Virus record (IMG/VR): IMGVR_UViG_3300028920_000001
Location: 248,001 to 312,000 of that record
Length of the DNA stretch: 64,000 nt
Direction: 5' to 3' (one strand)
Shown in pieces: positions 39,185-50,148 of this stretch. The position numbers and the translations under genes were made by a program. The stretch's first letter is position 1, and each line of letters opens with the position of its first letter. The notes beneath the pieces were generated by a model that was given only the letters and a program-made list of their open reading frames with translations, was not told the DNA's origin and did no database searches.

Positions 39185-40289
39185 AGATGCGGCTGATAAG
39201 GCTGTTAAAGATTTTGGAATTGGAACATATGATTCCGAATCAGATGATACTAGTGTAAAAGGCGAAGATACTGAAGGTAAAACTAAAAAAGGGAAGTCTC
39301 TTCCGGATGGAGGCGGATCTTTAGCTCCGGATCCAGAGGAGTGGCTTAGTTATCCTTATCCGGTATTAGATTATAGTAAATCATATTCTGCAAATACTCT
39401 TCCCGGGGATCTAGATCGTCCTCCGCGTGGACGGAGGCCAGCGGATGATACTAAAAATGTAGTTGCTGATGAATGGGATATTGAAGATTATGATGAGCCG
39501 GAAGAAGCTCTCCCAGAGGGAGATACTGGGAATAGGCATTCTGAATTACCAAGTGATAAGAGTAATCCATCATCCCGTGCTGACTATTATGATAAATTAA
39601 CCATCGGAAAGGCTATTAAGGATATTTGGCCAAGTGAAGATTCTGGGGCCTATGTAAGTCAAGATAAGGATGAATCTGAAACTGAAAAAGATGAAGAATC
39701 CCTTCCTACACCAGCTAAAAATGAAGTTTGTATGGATGATTTTTTAGGAGCCTTAGGAAATATTTGGTCTGGATTTGTAATGGATGATTTATCCAATCCT
39801 ACAGGGTTCCCATCAGAAGATTTTAGTGAAGAAGTGGATTATATGGATACTGATTCCGGCGGAAGTCTTCAACCATTTGGATATGGACCAATGGCTAGCA
39901 ATAATTTAAATGTGAGAATATCAACTGATTTGGAGTTAGTTGGAGAATTGACTAAAGAATTCTTGAGCAAACATGGGAAGAAGAACATTACGCGTCGTAA
40001 TGTTCTTGCTTTTTTGCAAGAAAAATCTCTACCTCAATATTTGGCATCTGATATTGTTCGGTGTATGAAGCTACGTCATAAAGTTCATATCCCTGATGTC
40101 ATGGACACTTTTCCGGTTAAGACTGCATCATCGGAAGAAATGAGTTTATATCGAATTCGTGATCAACTTGTTGGATATGAGATTCAAAATATGACCGATC
40201 CAACAACGGCCGCTAAATTTCGTCGATGTGCTGCCGATTTATCTCAAATCATAGCGCATCTAGAGAAGCTCGAGGATAGAAATGGCTGA
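39162..40289 (+). CDS. Acidic low-complexity putative head protein
   Basis: D/E/P-rich; repeated xLP motifs; VKTAS site. Confidence 0.65.
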   Translation: MPTSLPTEDAADKAVKDFGIGTYDSESDDTSVKGEDTEGKTKKGKSLPDGGGSLAPDPEEWLSYPYPVLDYSKSYSANTLPGDLDRPPRGRRPADDTKNVVADEWDIEDYDEPEEALPEGDTGNRHSELPSDKSNPSSRADYYDKLTIGKAIKDIWPSEDSGAYVSQDKDESETEKDEESLPTPAKNEVCMDDFLGALGNIWSGFVMDDLSNPTGFPSEDFSEEVDYMDTDSGGSLQPFGYGPMASNNLNVRISTDLELVGELTKEFLSKHGKKNITRRNVLAFLQEKSLPQYLASDIVRCMKLRHKVHIPDVMDTFPVKTASSEEMSLYRIRDQLVGYEIQNMTDPTTAAKFRRCAADLSQIIAHLEKLEDRNG

Positions 40290-42210
40290 TAAGAAGCTTC
40301 CGGATCTTCAGGATAGAGGTTTGGGTGACCTCACCCATCTTATGCACAATCAGAGTGTATCTGATCTCTCTTGGCTTGATATTGATCCTGAAGAATACCG
40401 TAGACAAGAGGCCCTGCCGAAGCAAAATCTGGATATGATTCCGGAGTTGGCACAGGCTTTAAGTCAAGAAGAAGATGGAGTCCCTCAAATGATTCCTCTT
40501 CGTCCTCAGACTATTGTAAATACGAATCCGCTTGAATACACAGATCCGGTTTCGCCCAGGAGTGGTCTTGGTGTAGATCCGAGAAAAGTTGAAATTCAAC
40601 TTGCTCATCACATTATGGCTGGCCTTTCAGATTCTTTAATTGAGAAGAATCTGAAATCTGAGTTTAGTTCTTCTCAAATTCGATCTGCATCAGTTAATGC
40701 ACGTCAACTTCTTGGTGAGCGTCATTTGTTAGGGAAAGTGTATATTAATGCTTCTCATTTTCCTCGATGCGCTCAGCGTGGTTCTCATAAGGATTTTGTA
40801 CGAAAGCACGCTAGCAAGGCTCTTTACGTTTTAGCTAAAGATGAATGTAATGGATGCGTCCATAATAATTGTGGGAATTGTTCGGTATTCAAGAAGCGAA
40901 TTGTTAGTTCTGTTCCTTATGATGAGTATACTTTTGCTCATTACTTAACTGGATTAGTTGCTGAAAAGCGTCTTATTCCGGAGGAAACTGCTAATATTCC
41001 GACCGATTCTGAGGGACGTAAGAAGCTGTTGGAATTAGGATTTAGTCGCTCTCCTGCGTTTGCTCGTAGCGTTCAGACCATTCAATACCAAAATACTGAA
41101 AAAAAGACAGATGCTGTAACTATGGATGACATTCGTGGTTACATGGCTAGGCAAGCATCTCGGGGTCCAGACCCTATGCCTAGTTCTATATATTTAGTAG
41201 CAGCTAAAAAACTTCAACATGGTGTTATTAGCTCAGACTCATTAGCTGCATCCTCTAATCCTGAAATTCGGAAATTAGCATCTGAATACGGGATTATTGG
41301 TCATACTTATCTAGATGCAGATGCATTGGGTGGATGTGCTGCAGCTTTAGATTTTATTAACAAAAAAAGGGTTCGTCCAAGTTTTGTGCTTTTGCGTTCG
41401 ACGGATGCGGAAGTATCTAGCAAGCCTTTTACGGAATTGGCTCAAATCACTAAGGTAACTGCTAATTATCCCAAATTAGGGAAAGAGCATTTAATTAATG
41501 CATTGGAATTGGCAGTGACTCAAAATCGAATTAGTGCTAAAAATGCTCAAAGTGTTTTGAAGAAGGCTTCTGACGATATTGATTGGCCTAGCTTAATTGC
41601 TCAAGTTAACTTATTTACTCCGGAGCCAAGAACAAAAACGCCTCAGTATCAGGGTCCGAAGATTAGAGGATATCATGGTGGCACTGTCATAGCTGAACAT
41701 GATGCTGAGTCGGTTCGGTTAGATATTGCTCGAATGATGAATGCTGGTCTTTCCGGTAAGGATTTGAAGAAGGCCATTCTGAGTCGATATAGCGTTGAGA
41801 GTCTTCGTCCTCTTCGTTCAATTATTGAACGGGCTGCTGCTGATGATGGAGTTCAGGGTCACTATTTTGTTGATCCTTCTGTTTACCCGGACTATGGTAA
41901 AGGTTGTAGGAATGGATCTAAGTCTTCTAATAGACGTGCATCTTATATTCTAGCTGGATCATCTTGTACTGGATGTACGCTTCAGACTTATCCGGGATAT
42001 TGTTCTAAATATTGTAAGCAGATGATTAGATCTGTGCCACAGGCGGTTCGAATTGCGGCGGCAGAACGAAGATCTGCCCGGGTGGCTAATAATGCTCCAA
42101 TTAATGATCCTGCCGAACAGTTTGGACTCGAGAAGCCTGAAATTGAAATTGAACCCGATCCTAAAGTCAAATCAGTTGATATTTCGATTTCCGGGCCGAC
42201 TATTGATTAA
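40282..42210 (+). CDS. Putative virion protein with internally repeated Cys-rich modules
   Basis: Three G-[KH]-x-[YF] modules, two of them with CxGC...C clusters. Confidence 0.7.
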   Translation: MADKKLPDLQDRGLGDLTHLMHNQSVSDLSWLDIDPEEYRRQEALPKQNLDMIPELAQALSQEEDGVPQMIPLRPQTIVNTNPLEYTDPVSPRSGLGVDPRKVEIQLAHHIMAGLSDSLIEKNLKSEFSSSQIRSASVNARQLLGERHLLGKVYINASHFPRCAQRGSHKDFVRKHASKALYVLAKDECNGCVHNNCGNCSVFKKRIVSSVPYDEYTFAHYLTGLVAEKRLIPEETANIPTDSEGRKKLLELGFSRSPAFARSVQTIQYQNTEKKTDAVTMDDIRGYMARQASRGPDPMPSSIYLVAAKKLQHGVISSDSLAASSNPEIRKLASEYGIIGHTYLDADALGGCAAALDFINKKRVRPSFVLLRSTDAEVSSKPFTELAQITKVTANYPKLGKEHLINALELAVTQNRISAKNAQSVLKKASDDIDWPSLIAQVNLFTPEPRTKTPQYQGPKIRGYHGGTVIAEHDAESVRLDIARMMNAGLSGKDLKKAILSRYSVESLRPLRSIIERAAADDGVQGHYFVDPSVYPDYGKGCRNGSKSSNRRASYILAGSSCTGCTLQTYPGYCSKYCKQMIRSVPQAVRIAAAERRSARVANNAPINDPAEQFGLEKPEIEIEPDPKVKSVDISISGPTID

Positions 42211-42247
42211 TTAAATATTAATTAAATATTTTAGGTAGGGTTAGAGT

Positions 42248-42853
42248 ATGGATGATGGCCCTACCGATGATCAGGATAAGGGTAACGGCGACGGCAAAGG
42301 GAAATTAATAACTTTCCCTGGTGGTAAGAAAGTTGACCCTGAAGAAGTTGGCCTGGATAGTATAGTAGGCCAAACTGGGGATATTCCTACTCCAGATATT
42401 TTAGATCCAGTGTACTTAGATAAAGAATTGCGGGAGCGAGTTGAATATGTAAAGAAACAGGCTCTAGTTCAGGCTATCACTGAAAAAAAGAGTACTATTG
42501 ACACTATCGATGCTGTTTTGGTTGAAATAGCGGAAGAATTAGCTCATCTTAAATTTGAAAGAAGAAAAGCTGCTAAAGAAGGTAAAAATACTGCGAGCTA
42601 TACCATTGGTAGAATAGGTTCTCTGACTAAATTAGCTGATTTATTATTGAAGAAGAAAGAATCTATGATGCAAGAGGAACTGGACCTGAAATCGTCCAGA
42701 TTCCAGGCAGTTTTTAGAGTTTGGATGGAATTTTTCCATGATTCGATGGAAAAATCTGGTATTTCTCCAGAAGTAATTGATGTTATATTTCAACAGATGA
42801 AAGCTGATATGGTTGATTGGGAAAGAAAAATGTCTACTGCCGGTATTGAATAA
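42248..42853 (+). CDS. Candidate terminase small subunit
   Basis: Helical 201-aa protein coupled (TAATG) to terL; positional inference only. Confidence 0.4.
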   Translation: MDDGPTDDQDKGNGDGKGKLITFPGGKKVDPEEVGLDSIVGQTGDIPTPDILDPVYLDKELRERVEYVKKQALVQAITEKKSTIDTIDAVLVEIAEELAHLKFERRKAAKEGKNTASYTIGRIGSLTKLADLLLKKKESMMQEELDLKSSRFQAVFRVWMEFFHDSMEKSGISPEVIDVIFQQMKADMVDWERKMSTAGIE

Positions 42854-44799
42854 TGCCTAGTATTGAGAAACAAGAAAAAAGTAAATTAACTGGACTTGTT
42901 GACGATTTTCTAATTAAAAGAAAGAAAATTAGTTCTGGAAATGATAGTGATGATAGTACTACATTTCTTACTATTATTGATTTTATCGAACGATTTAAAT
43001 TACTTCCATATGGTTTATTTCCAGTTCAAAAGTTCATATTGAAATTATATTATAATATTCCATTAGATGATAAGTTACCTGGAGACGAGCGGGATAGAAT
43101 CTATGTAACTCCGAATTTTAGATCCAATAAACGGGTCTATATGACGGAAGTTAAATACCTCGAATATTTATATAGTCAAGGTCGCTGCAATATAAAAGAG
43201 CAGGGTGATATTCGATATGAATTAATTTTAGTATTGGGACGACGAAGTGGGAAAAGTGCACTAGCTTCTTTAATCGCAGCTTATGAACTTTATAAATTAT
43301 TAGCTCGTGATTGTCCTCAGAAATTCTATGGGATGCCAGTTTCCAGTGAAATTCGAGTATTAGATGTTGCAAATGACAAAGACCAAGCTGAGATTGTTTA
43401 CCAAGATATTGCTGGATACGTAGAAAGTGTTGATTATTTTAGAACGTCGTTGGCTAATCATACGACACAATTTATGAAATTCAAAACTCCCCATGATAAA
43501 AGAAAATTTGGTGACGAAGGGCGCTCAACATTAACAGCTACATTCAAGAGCTCAATTGCTAAAGGTCTTCGTGGTCGTGGTGTTATTTGTTTTATTCTGG
43601 ATGAATTTGCATTCTTCTTAAATGAAAGCGGTAAGTCTAATGCGCGTGAAGTTTACCGAGCTATTACTCCATCGCTTAAGCAATTTACTCCAAAAGATTC
43701 TAAAGACAAACGAAAAGCTATCGCAAAATCTGAAGGTAGAACTGTTGTTATTTCTTCCCCTGATGCAAAAGATGGATTCTTTTATCATCTTTACCAACTT
43801 TCTTTGACTAAGGATGTTGCTGCGTCGAATATGCTAATGATTCAGGCTCCGACGTGGGAAGTTAATCCTACATTGAGCCAGCAAGATTATGAAATTGAAT
43901 ATGCTAAAGATCCTCGGGCATTTATTACCGAGTATGGAGCTCAATTTTCTGATCGAGTTCGTGGTTGGATAGAAGATGCGAAGGACTTACAAGATTGCAT
44001 TATTGATGATTTAAAGCCATTGGTACGTGGTAATCCTCGAGAGCCCTTCTGGGCCGGGTTGGACTTCGGAATTTCGAAGGATGGTACTGCTGTTGCTCTA
44101 ACTCATTTGTTGAATGGAAGGATTACTCTTGGTTATCATGAAGCTTGGTATGCTGGAAAAAACTGGAAAGAGACTAATCCTCATCTTACTAATCCCTTAG
44201 TTCCGTATGCGCGAACTCTTCAAGACGTTAAACGACTCGATATTGATGAGATAGCTAACTGGTTATTTGTCTTATCTAAACGATTTTATATTTTGAAAGG
44301 AGTATTTGACCAATGGGCCGGTCCAGTATTTGAACAAAAATTACATAAAACTGGACTTCAGCAATTTGAAATGCGTCATTTCAGTACTGCCGATAGTTCT
44401 AAAGTATACCAAAACGCCAAGATGTTCATGTACACCACTCAGTTGGCATTTTATGATTATCCGATTCCTAAGCAAGTTATTCAGGAAGATGGCCTAGTTC
44501 TACACTCTCCTTTAATTGCTGAAATGTTAGAACTTCAAGCTACTTCAGCGGGGAAAAATTTAATCTCTGTAGAGGCTCCAAACATTCCAGGAAAGCATGA
44601 TGATAATTCCGATGCTGTGATGAGAAGTATTTATCTAGCTGCTGAGTATATTTCTGAAAATCCTGGAATTTTGGATATTAGTCATATTGAAGTAATGCCG
44701 ATGGCTCGCAAAAATTATGGTTATCGGCATTTCCATCGGGCTCGAACCAGGCTCCATGGCCCTCCTCCGCCTGAAAGGCGTGTCTTTAGGCGGGGATAA
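42853..44799 (+). CDS. terL: Terminase large subunit
   Basis: Walker A GRRSGKS, Walker B FILDEFAFF, ISSP, nuclease GLDFG..D, FDQW, HDDNSDA. Confidence 0.92.
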   Translation: MPSIEKQEKSKLTGLVDDFLIKRKKISSGNDSDDSTTFLTIIDFIERFKLLPYGLFPVQKFILKLYYNIPLDDKLPGDERDRIYVTPNFRSNKRVYMTEVKYLEYLYSQGRCNIKEQGDIRYELILVLGRRSGKSALASLIAAYELYKLLARDCPQKFYGMPVSSEIRVLDVANDKDQAEIVYQDIAGYVESVDYFRTSLANHTTQFMKFKTPHDKRKFGDEGRSTLTATFKSSIAKGLRGRGVICFILDEFAFFLNESGKSNAREVYRAITPSLKQFTPKDSKDKRKAIAKSEGRTVVISSPDAKDGFFYHLYQLSLTKDVAASNMLMIQAPTWEVNPTLSQQDYEIEYAKDPRAFITEYGAQFSDRVRGWIEDAKDLQDCIIDDLKPLVRGNPREPFWAGLDFGISKDGTAVALTHLLNGRITLGYHEAWYAGKNWKETNPHLTNPLVPYARTLQDVKRLDIDEIANWLFVLSKRFYILKGVFDQWAGPVFEQKLHKTGLQQFEMRHFSTADSSKVYQNAKMFMYTTQLAFYDYPIPKQVIQEDGLVLHSPLIAEMLELQATSAGKNLISVEAPNIPGKHDDNSDAVMRSIYLAAEYISENPGILDISHIEVMPMARKNYGYRHFHRARTRLHGPPPPERRVFRRG

Positions 44800-44824
44800 G
44801 CCTGTTATATTGTCATCAATTTAA

Positions 44825-45088
44825 ATGCCCACGAAAGCCGGTATTACTAATACTGCTGCCTATCGAGTTATTAGGGAAGTTATGGATCATGTGTTTGATC
44901 CGGATACTGAACTTGAAGAAGATGATGTAATTGGGATCTGTGATATTTTTAGGGATTTGAATGGATCTTGGGAGTCGGTCATGAGTGGGGATATGGATGA
45001 ATATCAGAAATTGGAGAATGCTATTGAATCTAGATTAAGTCTAAATCAAATGGCCAGACAGCTCGCCTCACAGTCTTTTAAAAGGTAA
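44825..45088 (+). CDS. Hypothetical protein; C-terminal LNQMARQLAS
   Basis: 87-aa ORF. Confidence 0.65.
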   Translation: MPTKAGITNTAAYRVIREVMDHVFDPDTELEEDDVIGICDIFRDLNGSWESVMSGDMDEYQKLENAIESRLSLNQMARQLASQSFKR

Positions 45089-45097
45089 GGTTTAACA

Positions 45098-45490
45098 GTG
45101 GAGAACCAAGTCGAATCCAACTTTGAAGCTCAGGAGCGGGAGCGGGAAGTTAAGAGGAGAAAGGCTCGGTTGGCTCGAGCTCGGGAGGATCGAATTCGGA
45201 ATCTGGATTCTTTCTTTGCTATTTATAACCAAATCCAAACTAAAACTGATAAAATCGTTATTTCACTTAAGGAGGTTATGAATTTAACATTATCCTTAAA
45301 TCAAAAGATGACTTCCGGTAATTATAGGGAAATGAATTTGGTGAGGCGGTTAAAGATGCAATTGATGCTGCAAACTTTTAGTGCAGCCATTAATCAGTTA
45401 TCTAGAGTAAGTAAGCTTTCTAAAATATTGTCTCCAGCGGTGAAGGAGGAAGCTATTCACCAAATTGAATCTCCTCCTACATTTGAGTAA
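45098..45490 (+). CDS. Helical hypothetical protein
   Basis: 130-aa ORF between terL and portal. Confidence 0.6.
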   Translation: MENQVESNFEAQEREREVKRRKARLARAREDRIRNLDSFFAIYNQIQTKTDKIVISLKEVMNLTLSLNQKMTSGNYREMNLVRRLKMQLMLQTFSAAINQLSRVSKLSKILSPAVKEEAIHQIESPPTFE

Positions 45491-45495
45491 AAACC

Positions 45496-47319
45496 ATGGC
45501 AGCTAAGAAGAACGGGAATGGACGAGTTAGAACCGGTCAAATTCCGGTTCAGCACGTTAATATCCAGAAGGTTCCTTCCAAAAAGCTAACTAAATTAGAA
45601 AGGCAAGCCCGGAGAGAAGCTGCTCAATCTATTCGTGTGGCTGCTACCTGTGGTCCAATTGGTGGATCTGGATTAGGAAGCGGGGGTTTTGGTGGTTATG
45701 GGAATGCCGATATTGGATTAGCTAATTCCAATTTTTACAGTCCTCAGTTATCAACTGACTTTTTAGAGTTACCTCAATCTGAGCGTGAAAAACGCGAGTT
45801 ATTTAGATTTTGGTATACAACTCATCCAATCGTTGGGGCATCAATTGATTTTCATACTGATGTCCCGATGTCAAAAATTCGGTTGTCTCTGCCGAAGGGG
45901 AAAGATCACAAAAGAAATAAGCAGATCTTGCATTACTATCAAGAAATGTGCAGGCGACTGCGGCTTTTCCAAGTTCTCTACGATGCCACTCATGAATATT
46001 GGTTACATGGAAATGTGTTTATTTTCTGTGAAGACCAAGATATGGCACCAGAACTTCCTGATTCTATCTTCGTGAAAGAAGTGGAAGAAGAAATTGGTGA
46101 AGTTGATGCATTAGGAAACCCGACGGTTCGTAAAGAAAAGAAACAAGTAGAGAAATCTGAAAAAGAAAGAATGGATGCCATTCACGAATATGTGGCTGAT
46201 AAATATCAGGGATGGCAGCGTCTTCAAATTTTGCCGCCAGAGCAAGTTAAACTAGAAGTTTTTCAGTATACTAATAAAGTTAATATGGAACTTATCCCGA
46301 GCGAAAAAGATCGTTTGGTGGTATTGAGAGCTGAAGATCAAGGGGATCCGGAAGCTAGAAGAATTGCTGATGATATTCCAGAACAAATTAAAGAGAATTT
46401 ACTTAACGGTCAGCCTATTCCATTAAATACTAGTCCTTACGAAGATTATATTTGTTCTTCGTTTTGTTATCATTTATCGCACAAAAAATCATCTTATGAT
46501 GATCGTGGAATTTCAATTTTAGAGCGTTGTCTTCGTACTCTTCTCTATCAAGATAAACTTCGTCAAGCCCAGACTTCGATTGCCTCCCGTGCAATGACAC
46601 CAAAGCGCATTGTGTGGGCAGACAAAATGTCTCAAACAGATGTGGAAGATCTGCGAGATCAGGTTGATCAAGCTCTGATTGATCCGGATTTCACTATTAT
46701 TACTAATTTTGAGCTTCATTGGGATGAGATTGGAGCTCGAGATCGTCTTTTAGATTTAGGTACTGAATACGAGATTACAAATAAATTATTGTTTATCGGC
46801 CTTCGAATTACTGAGGCTATGTTAACAGGAGAAAGTACCTATTCCGGGGAGCGTATTCATCTGGACGTGATGAATACAATGTATTTGCTTTACCGTGAGA
46901 CAATAGCGGAATTCGTTGAGGAGCAGATTTTTGCACCGGTAGCCGAAAAGAAAGGTTTTTGGGAAATTGATGAATATGGGAATCGGGTTCTTCTTTATCC
47001 GAAGCTTCAGTTTACCCGACTGGCTCTTCGAGATAATGCTGAACTTCAGGATTTCATGTTTAATTTATATCAAAAAGGCTCATTGCCTATTTCATATATT
47101 TATGAACTTTTGAACATTGATGTTGATGACGCCCATTCGGAACTTCAGAAGGATGTATTTACTCTGAAGGATTCTCAGATGAATGAATTGGTCAGGAACC
47201 TTCTAGGTGCGGCCGGGGAAAAGCTTTTGGATGAGACCGATGTGATTGATAAGATAGTAAAAAGTCTTGGTCTTAAACATGAAAAGAAAGAAGGAGATCG
47301 TTTTGGTAAGGAAGAATAA
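45496..47319 (+). CDS. Portal protein
   Basis: Position after terL; HPIVGASIDFH, EYWLHGNVF, RGISILERC, LTGESTYS; 607 aa. Confidence 0.8.
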   Translation: MAAKKNGNGRVRTGQIPVQHVNIQKVPSKKLTKLERQARREAAQSIRVAATCGPIGGSGLGSGGFGGYGNADIGLANSNFYSPQLSTDFLELPQSEREKRELFRFWYTTHPIVGASIDFHTDVPMSKIRLSLPKGKDHKRNKQILHYYQEMCRRLRLFQVLYDATHEYWLHGNVFIFCEDQDMAPELPDSIFVKEVEEEIGEVDALGNPTVRKEKKQVEKSEKERMDAIHEYVADKYQGWQRLQILPPEQVKLEVFQYTNKVNMELIPSEKDRLVVLRAEDQGDPEARRIADDIPEQIKENLLNGQPIPLNTSPYEDYICSSFCYHLSHKKSSYDDRGISILERCLRTLLYQDKLRQAQTSIASRAMTPKRIVWADKMSQTDVEDLRDQVDQALIDPDFTIITNFELHWDEIGARDRLLDLGTEYEITNKLLFIGLRITEAMLTGESTYSGERIHLDVMNTMYLLYRETIAEFVEEQIFAPVAEKKGFWEIDEYGNRVLLYPKLQFTRLALRDNAELQDFMFNLYQKGSLPISYIYELLNIDVDDAHSELQKDVFTLKDSQMNELVRNLLGAAGEKLLDETDVIDKIVKSLGLKHEKKEGDRFGKEE

Positions 47320-47347
47320 TAAACCTTAATTTAAATATCTAAATCGA

Positions 47348-49582
47348 ATGTTGCATCAAGGTGACAGCTCTTTGAGTCCTGCTGAAAAGGAGGATCAAGA
47401 GATTGAACATCGAATGAAGAGTATTAAGGAACGTCCTCATTCTAGAAAGTACAGATCTCGGCGTCCTGATCGTAGTAAACGTAGACAAAGGATGAAAATT
47501 GAAGATTCAGATATCCAAGCTCCTGTAAAGGCGGATCCAGATTTGTCAAAGATGGCTGCACGTATAGCAGTTGAACCCTTTGAAGATATTAGAGAACTCT
47601 TTAATAAGCGTGCTCAGTCGATTTTCAGGGCTTTATCTGAACTTTCTACTCCTTTAGCTGATGCATTTCATTCTGAAATGCATGAAAAATTCATAGATGT
47701 TTGGGATAATACTAAGAAACAACAACTACTATTACAGGAAATGGGAGAATTTAAAGATAAAATTAAGGGTGAAGTAAAAAAATACGGTAGGATATTAGGA
47801 AAAGCTGAACCGGCAGCTGTGGCAAGAATTATTGCTGATAATTGGCCTGATAAATCAGATTGGCAAACTCGAGCGGCCATAATTGGTGGAATAAGAAAAG
47901 CAGCAGACGATTCTAAGCTTCCTGAAGCTATTAAAGTCCCTTTTCTACGTCAAGACATTCCTAATGTATTAGCAGACAATAAAGCAATAAAGGCAATTCT
48001 TAAATCTAATGTGAAAAAATCCGGGGCTGATGAAAATGATTTATTCAGATTTGCTCAGTTAGTGGCTGCTTATCAAGTTTTATCTAAAAATCCGGATAAA
48101 ATTTCTACTGATCAATTAATGGCAGATGTTAAAAAATTGGCAGGATCATTAGACGAGCAGGTTTCTGAAGTTGTTGATCTTAATAACATTATGAATATTT
48201 GGACTAGTGCTTTAGGTCAGATTAAAGCCAAAGATACGAATATAGATTATAAACCAAATGATTATGATAAATTGTTGAAAAATCTGAGCAGTTTTTTTGA
48301 TCAAAGTAAATATGTGAATCCTGAACCTACCATGAAGGAGATGGAAAAACTATTGAAAGAAGAATTTAAAGATATTCCACCTGAAATGGAAGCAATGTTT
48401 AAGGGGTTCAAACGTGCAGCAACTTCTAATGAAACTCCAAGGATTAGGATAATGGCTAAAAAAGTCGTTGACTATGCTAAAGTGGCCGGTCGGGTTGCTA
48501 CCTATCATGGAATAATTGATCAAAGGGGCAATCCTACAGATCCTATTAATACCGGGTGGAAATCGTACGATAAAAGATATTTCGGTGAAGATAATTATAA
48601 ATCAATTGTTAAATATGCCAAAGAATTGCTAACTCAAGATTGGTTTAAATATGGATGGGGAGAGAAAAAGAGCGATGCTAGCCTTAGAGCCGCTCTTGAT
48701 GTAGCTATCTATGTGGGAGATTCCACACTTCATCAATCTAAGATTGATTCAGAGACATATAATATGCTCTTGAATCGATTGGCGGGTTGGGGATATGATT
48801 CATTTTCGGAGACTATTGTCTTTGAATCCGGAAAAGGCACCAAGAGGAGCGCTTCAATGAAGGCAGAAATCCAAAATTTAGTTCGGATTGCTAATGATAT
48901 CCGTCAGACTAATCCTACGGTGGCCTTTGAGATGTTAAAGAACATCAGAGGACTTACTGCTGGGCTTGGTATTGAGCCTGAGCTTGAGCCTGAGCCCCCT
49001 ACTACTTCTGGTGCTAAAGAAGATATTTCTAAGGCAATTGAAGAAACCATTTCTGAAATGTCCGGAGAGGAACCTGACAAGGTAGCTCAGGCTATTGCTG
49101 ATATTCTCGAAAAAGGCTTCGAGAAGATGCGTCCCAAGTCCCCTGAAGACCTTCAAACAGGCCTGGAAGAGCTCGTTGAAGCTGCTGGAGAGGTTATGGG
49201 CGGTCAGGCAGCAGTCGGATCTACTCTTGGGTACTTGGTTAGGGTGGCCTATAAAGCCCCTTCTCTTCGTCCCTTAATTCTGCCGGTGGTCGCGGCAGCT
49301 AAAAAAGGTAAGGGTAAAGGTAAAGCCCAGCCTAAGGGTAAAGGTAAAGCCCAGCCTAAGGGTAAAGGTAAGGCCCAGCCTAAGGGTAAAGGTAAAGCCC
49401 AGCCTAAGGGTAAAGGTAAAGCCCCACCATTTGGTGGTAAGAAGGCCCCACCATTTGGTGGTAAGAAGGCCCCACCATTTGGTAAGAAGGACGAAGAGGA
49501 AAAGAAGACCGCTAAAGGTAAAAAGACTTCTAAAGGTAAGAAGCGTCGGTCTTCTATTACCGCCACAGATCTGGAATGGTGA
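47348..49582 (+). CDS. Large putative internal head protein with Lys/Gly/Pro repeat tail
   Basis: Internal DLSKMAARIA; (KGKGKAQP)4 and GGKKAPPF repeats. Confidence 0.7.
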   Translation: MLHQGDSSLSPAEKEDQEIEHRMKSIKERPHSRKYRSRRPDRSKRRQRMKIEDSDIQAPVKADPDLSKMAARIAVEPFEDIRELFNKRAQSIFRALSELSTPLADAFHSEMHEKFIDVWDNTKKQQLLLQEMGEFKDKIKGEVKKYGRILGKAEPAAVARIIADNWPDKSDWQTRAAIIGGIRKAADDSKLPEAIKVPFLRQDIPNVLADNKAIKAILKSNVKKSGADENDLFRFAQLVAAYQVLSKNPDKISTDQLMADVKKLAGSLDEQVSEVVDLNNIMNIWTSALGQIKAKDTNIDYKPNDYDKLLKNLSSFFDQSKYVNPEPTMKEMEKLLKEEFKDIPPEMEAMFKGFKRAATSNETPRIRIMAKKVVDYAKVAGRVATYHGIIDQRGNPTDPINTGWKSYDKRYFGEDNYKSIVKYAKELLTQDWFKYGWGEKKSDASLRAALDVAIYVGDSTLHQSKIDSETYNMLLNRLAGWGYDSFSETIVFESGKGTKRSASMKAEIQNLVRIANDIRQTNPTVAFEMLKNIRGLTAGLGIEPELEPEPPTTSGAKEDISKAIEETISEMSGEEPDKVAQAIADILEKGFEKMRPKSPEDLQTGLEELVEAAGEVMGGQAAVGSTLGYLVRVAYKAPSLRPLILPVVAAAKKGKGKGKAQPKGKGKAQPKGKGKAQPKGKGKAQPKGKGKAPPFGGKKAPPFGGKKAPPFGKKDEEEKKTAKGKKTSKGKKRRSSITATDLEW
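49310..49490 (+). repeat. Coding 24-bp tandem repeats of two unit types
   Basis: aagggtaaaggtaaagcccagcct x4 (one substitution), a hybrid unit, then ggtggtaagaaggccccaccattt x2. Confidence 0.95.
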
Positions 49583-49624
49583 TACGATTTCTATATCGTT
49601 GATCTAGTCAGGAGACTCCACACC

Positions 49625-50110
49625 ATGAAGAAGCAAGTTGCCAATTTAGTTCTTTCCAAGCTTGACAGTACTGCCAGCACAATTGAGACCCTTGCCAAAG
49701 AGGGTAAAATTGAGCGACAGGCGGCGAGTCAGCTAATTAAGAATCTGGACTCGTTTGCTGATAAGTTTGAAGTAGCAGCATTCGGAGAAAAGAATCTTAA
49801 GGCCCGTCAAGCTAAGGTTATTCAGCAGGATAATGATGAGCCGTATATGAAGACCTTTGACAATGTCAATGAGGTTCATCAGTCTGATGCTGACGAGCCT
49901 TATATGCATAAGTCTCCTCCGTCGTTCAATTCCAAGGGAATTGATAACTACGACCAGGATGCTAGCTCGACGGTTTCTACTCGTGATGAATATCAGGTTC
50001 GCGATTTGAGCGAGCATGCTGACGGCACCAAGCCGCAGCCGTCCTGGCCGAATGGCTCGGCCGGTAAGAGCACTCGTCAGGGTACTGCAAAGCCGAAGTC
50101 TTGGGCCTAA
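49625..50110 (+). CDS. Putative head protein
   Basis: AGGAG SD; duplicated DEPYM; GC-richer codons. Confidence 0.7.
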   Translation: MKKQVANLVLSKLDSTASTIETLAKEGKIERQAASQLIKNLDSFADKFEVAAFGEKNLKARQAKVIQQDNDEPYMKTFDNVNEVHQSDADEPYMHKSPPSFNSKGIDNYDQDASSTVSTRDEYQVRDLSEHADGTKPQPSWPNGSAGKSTRQGTAKPKSWA

Positions 50111-50148
50111 TCTTCAACTAGGCTTTTAACCCTAGATTGGAGTAAGGC

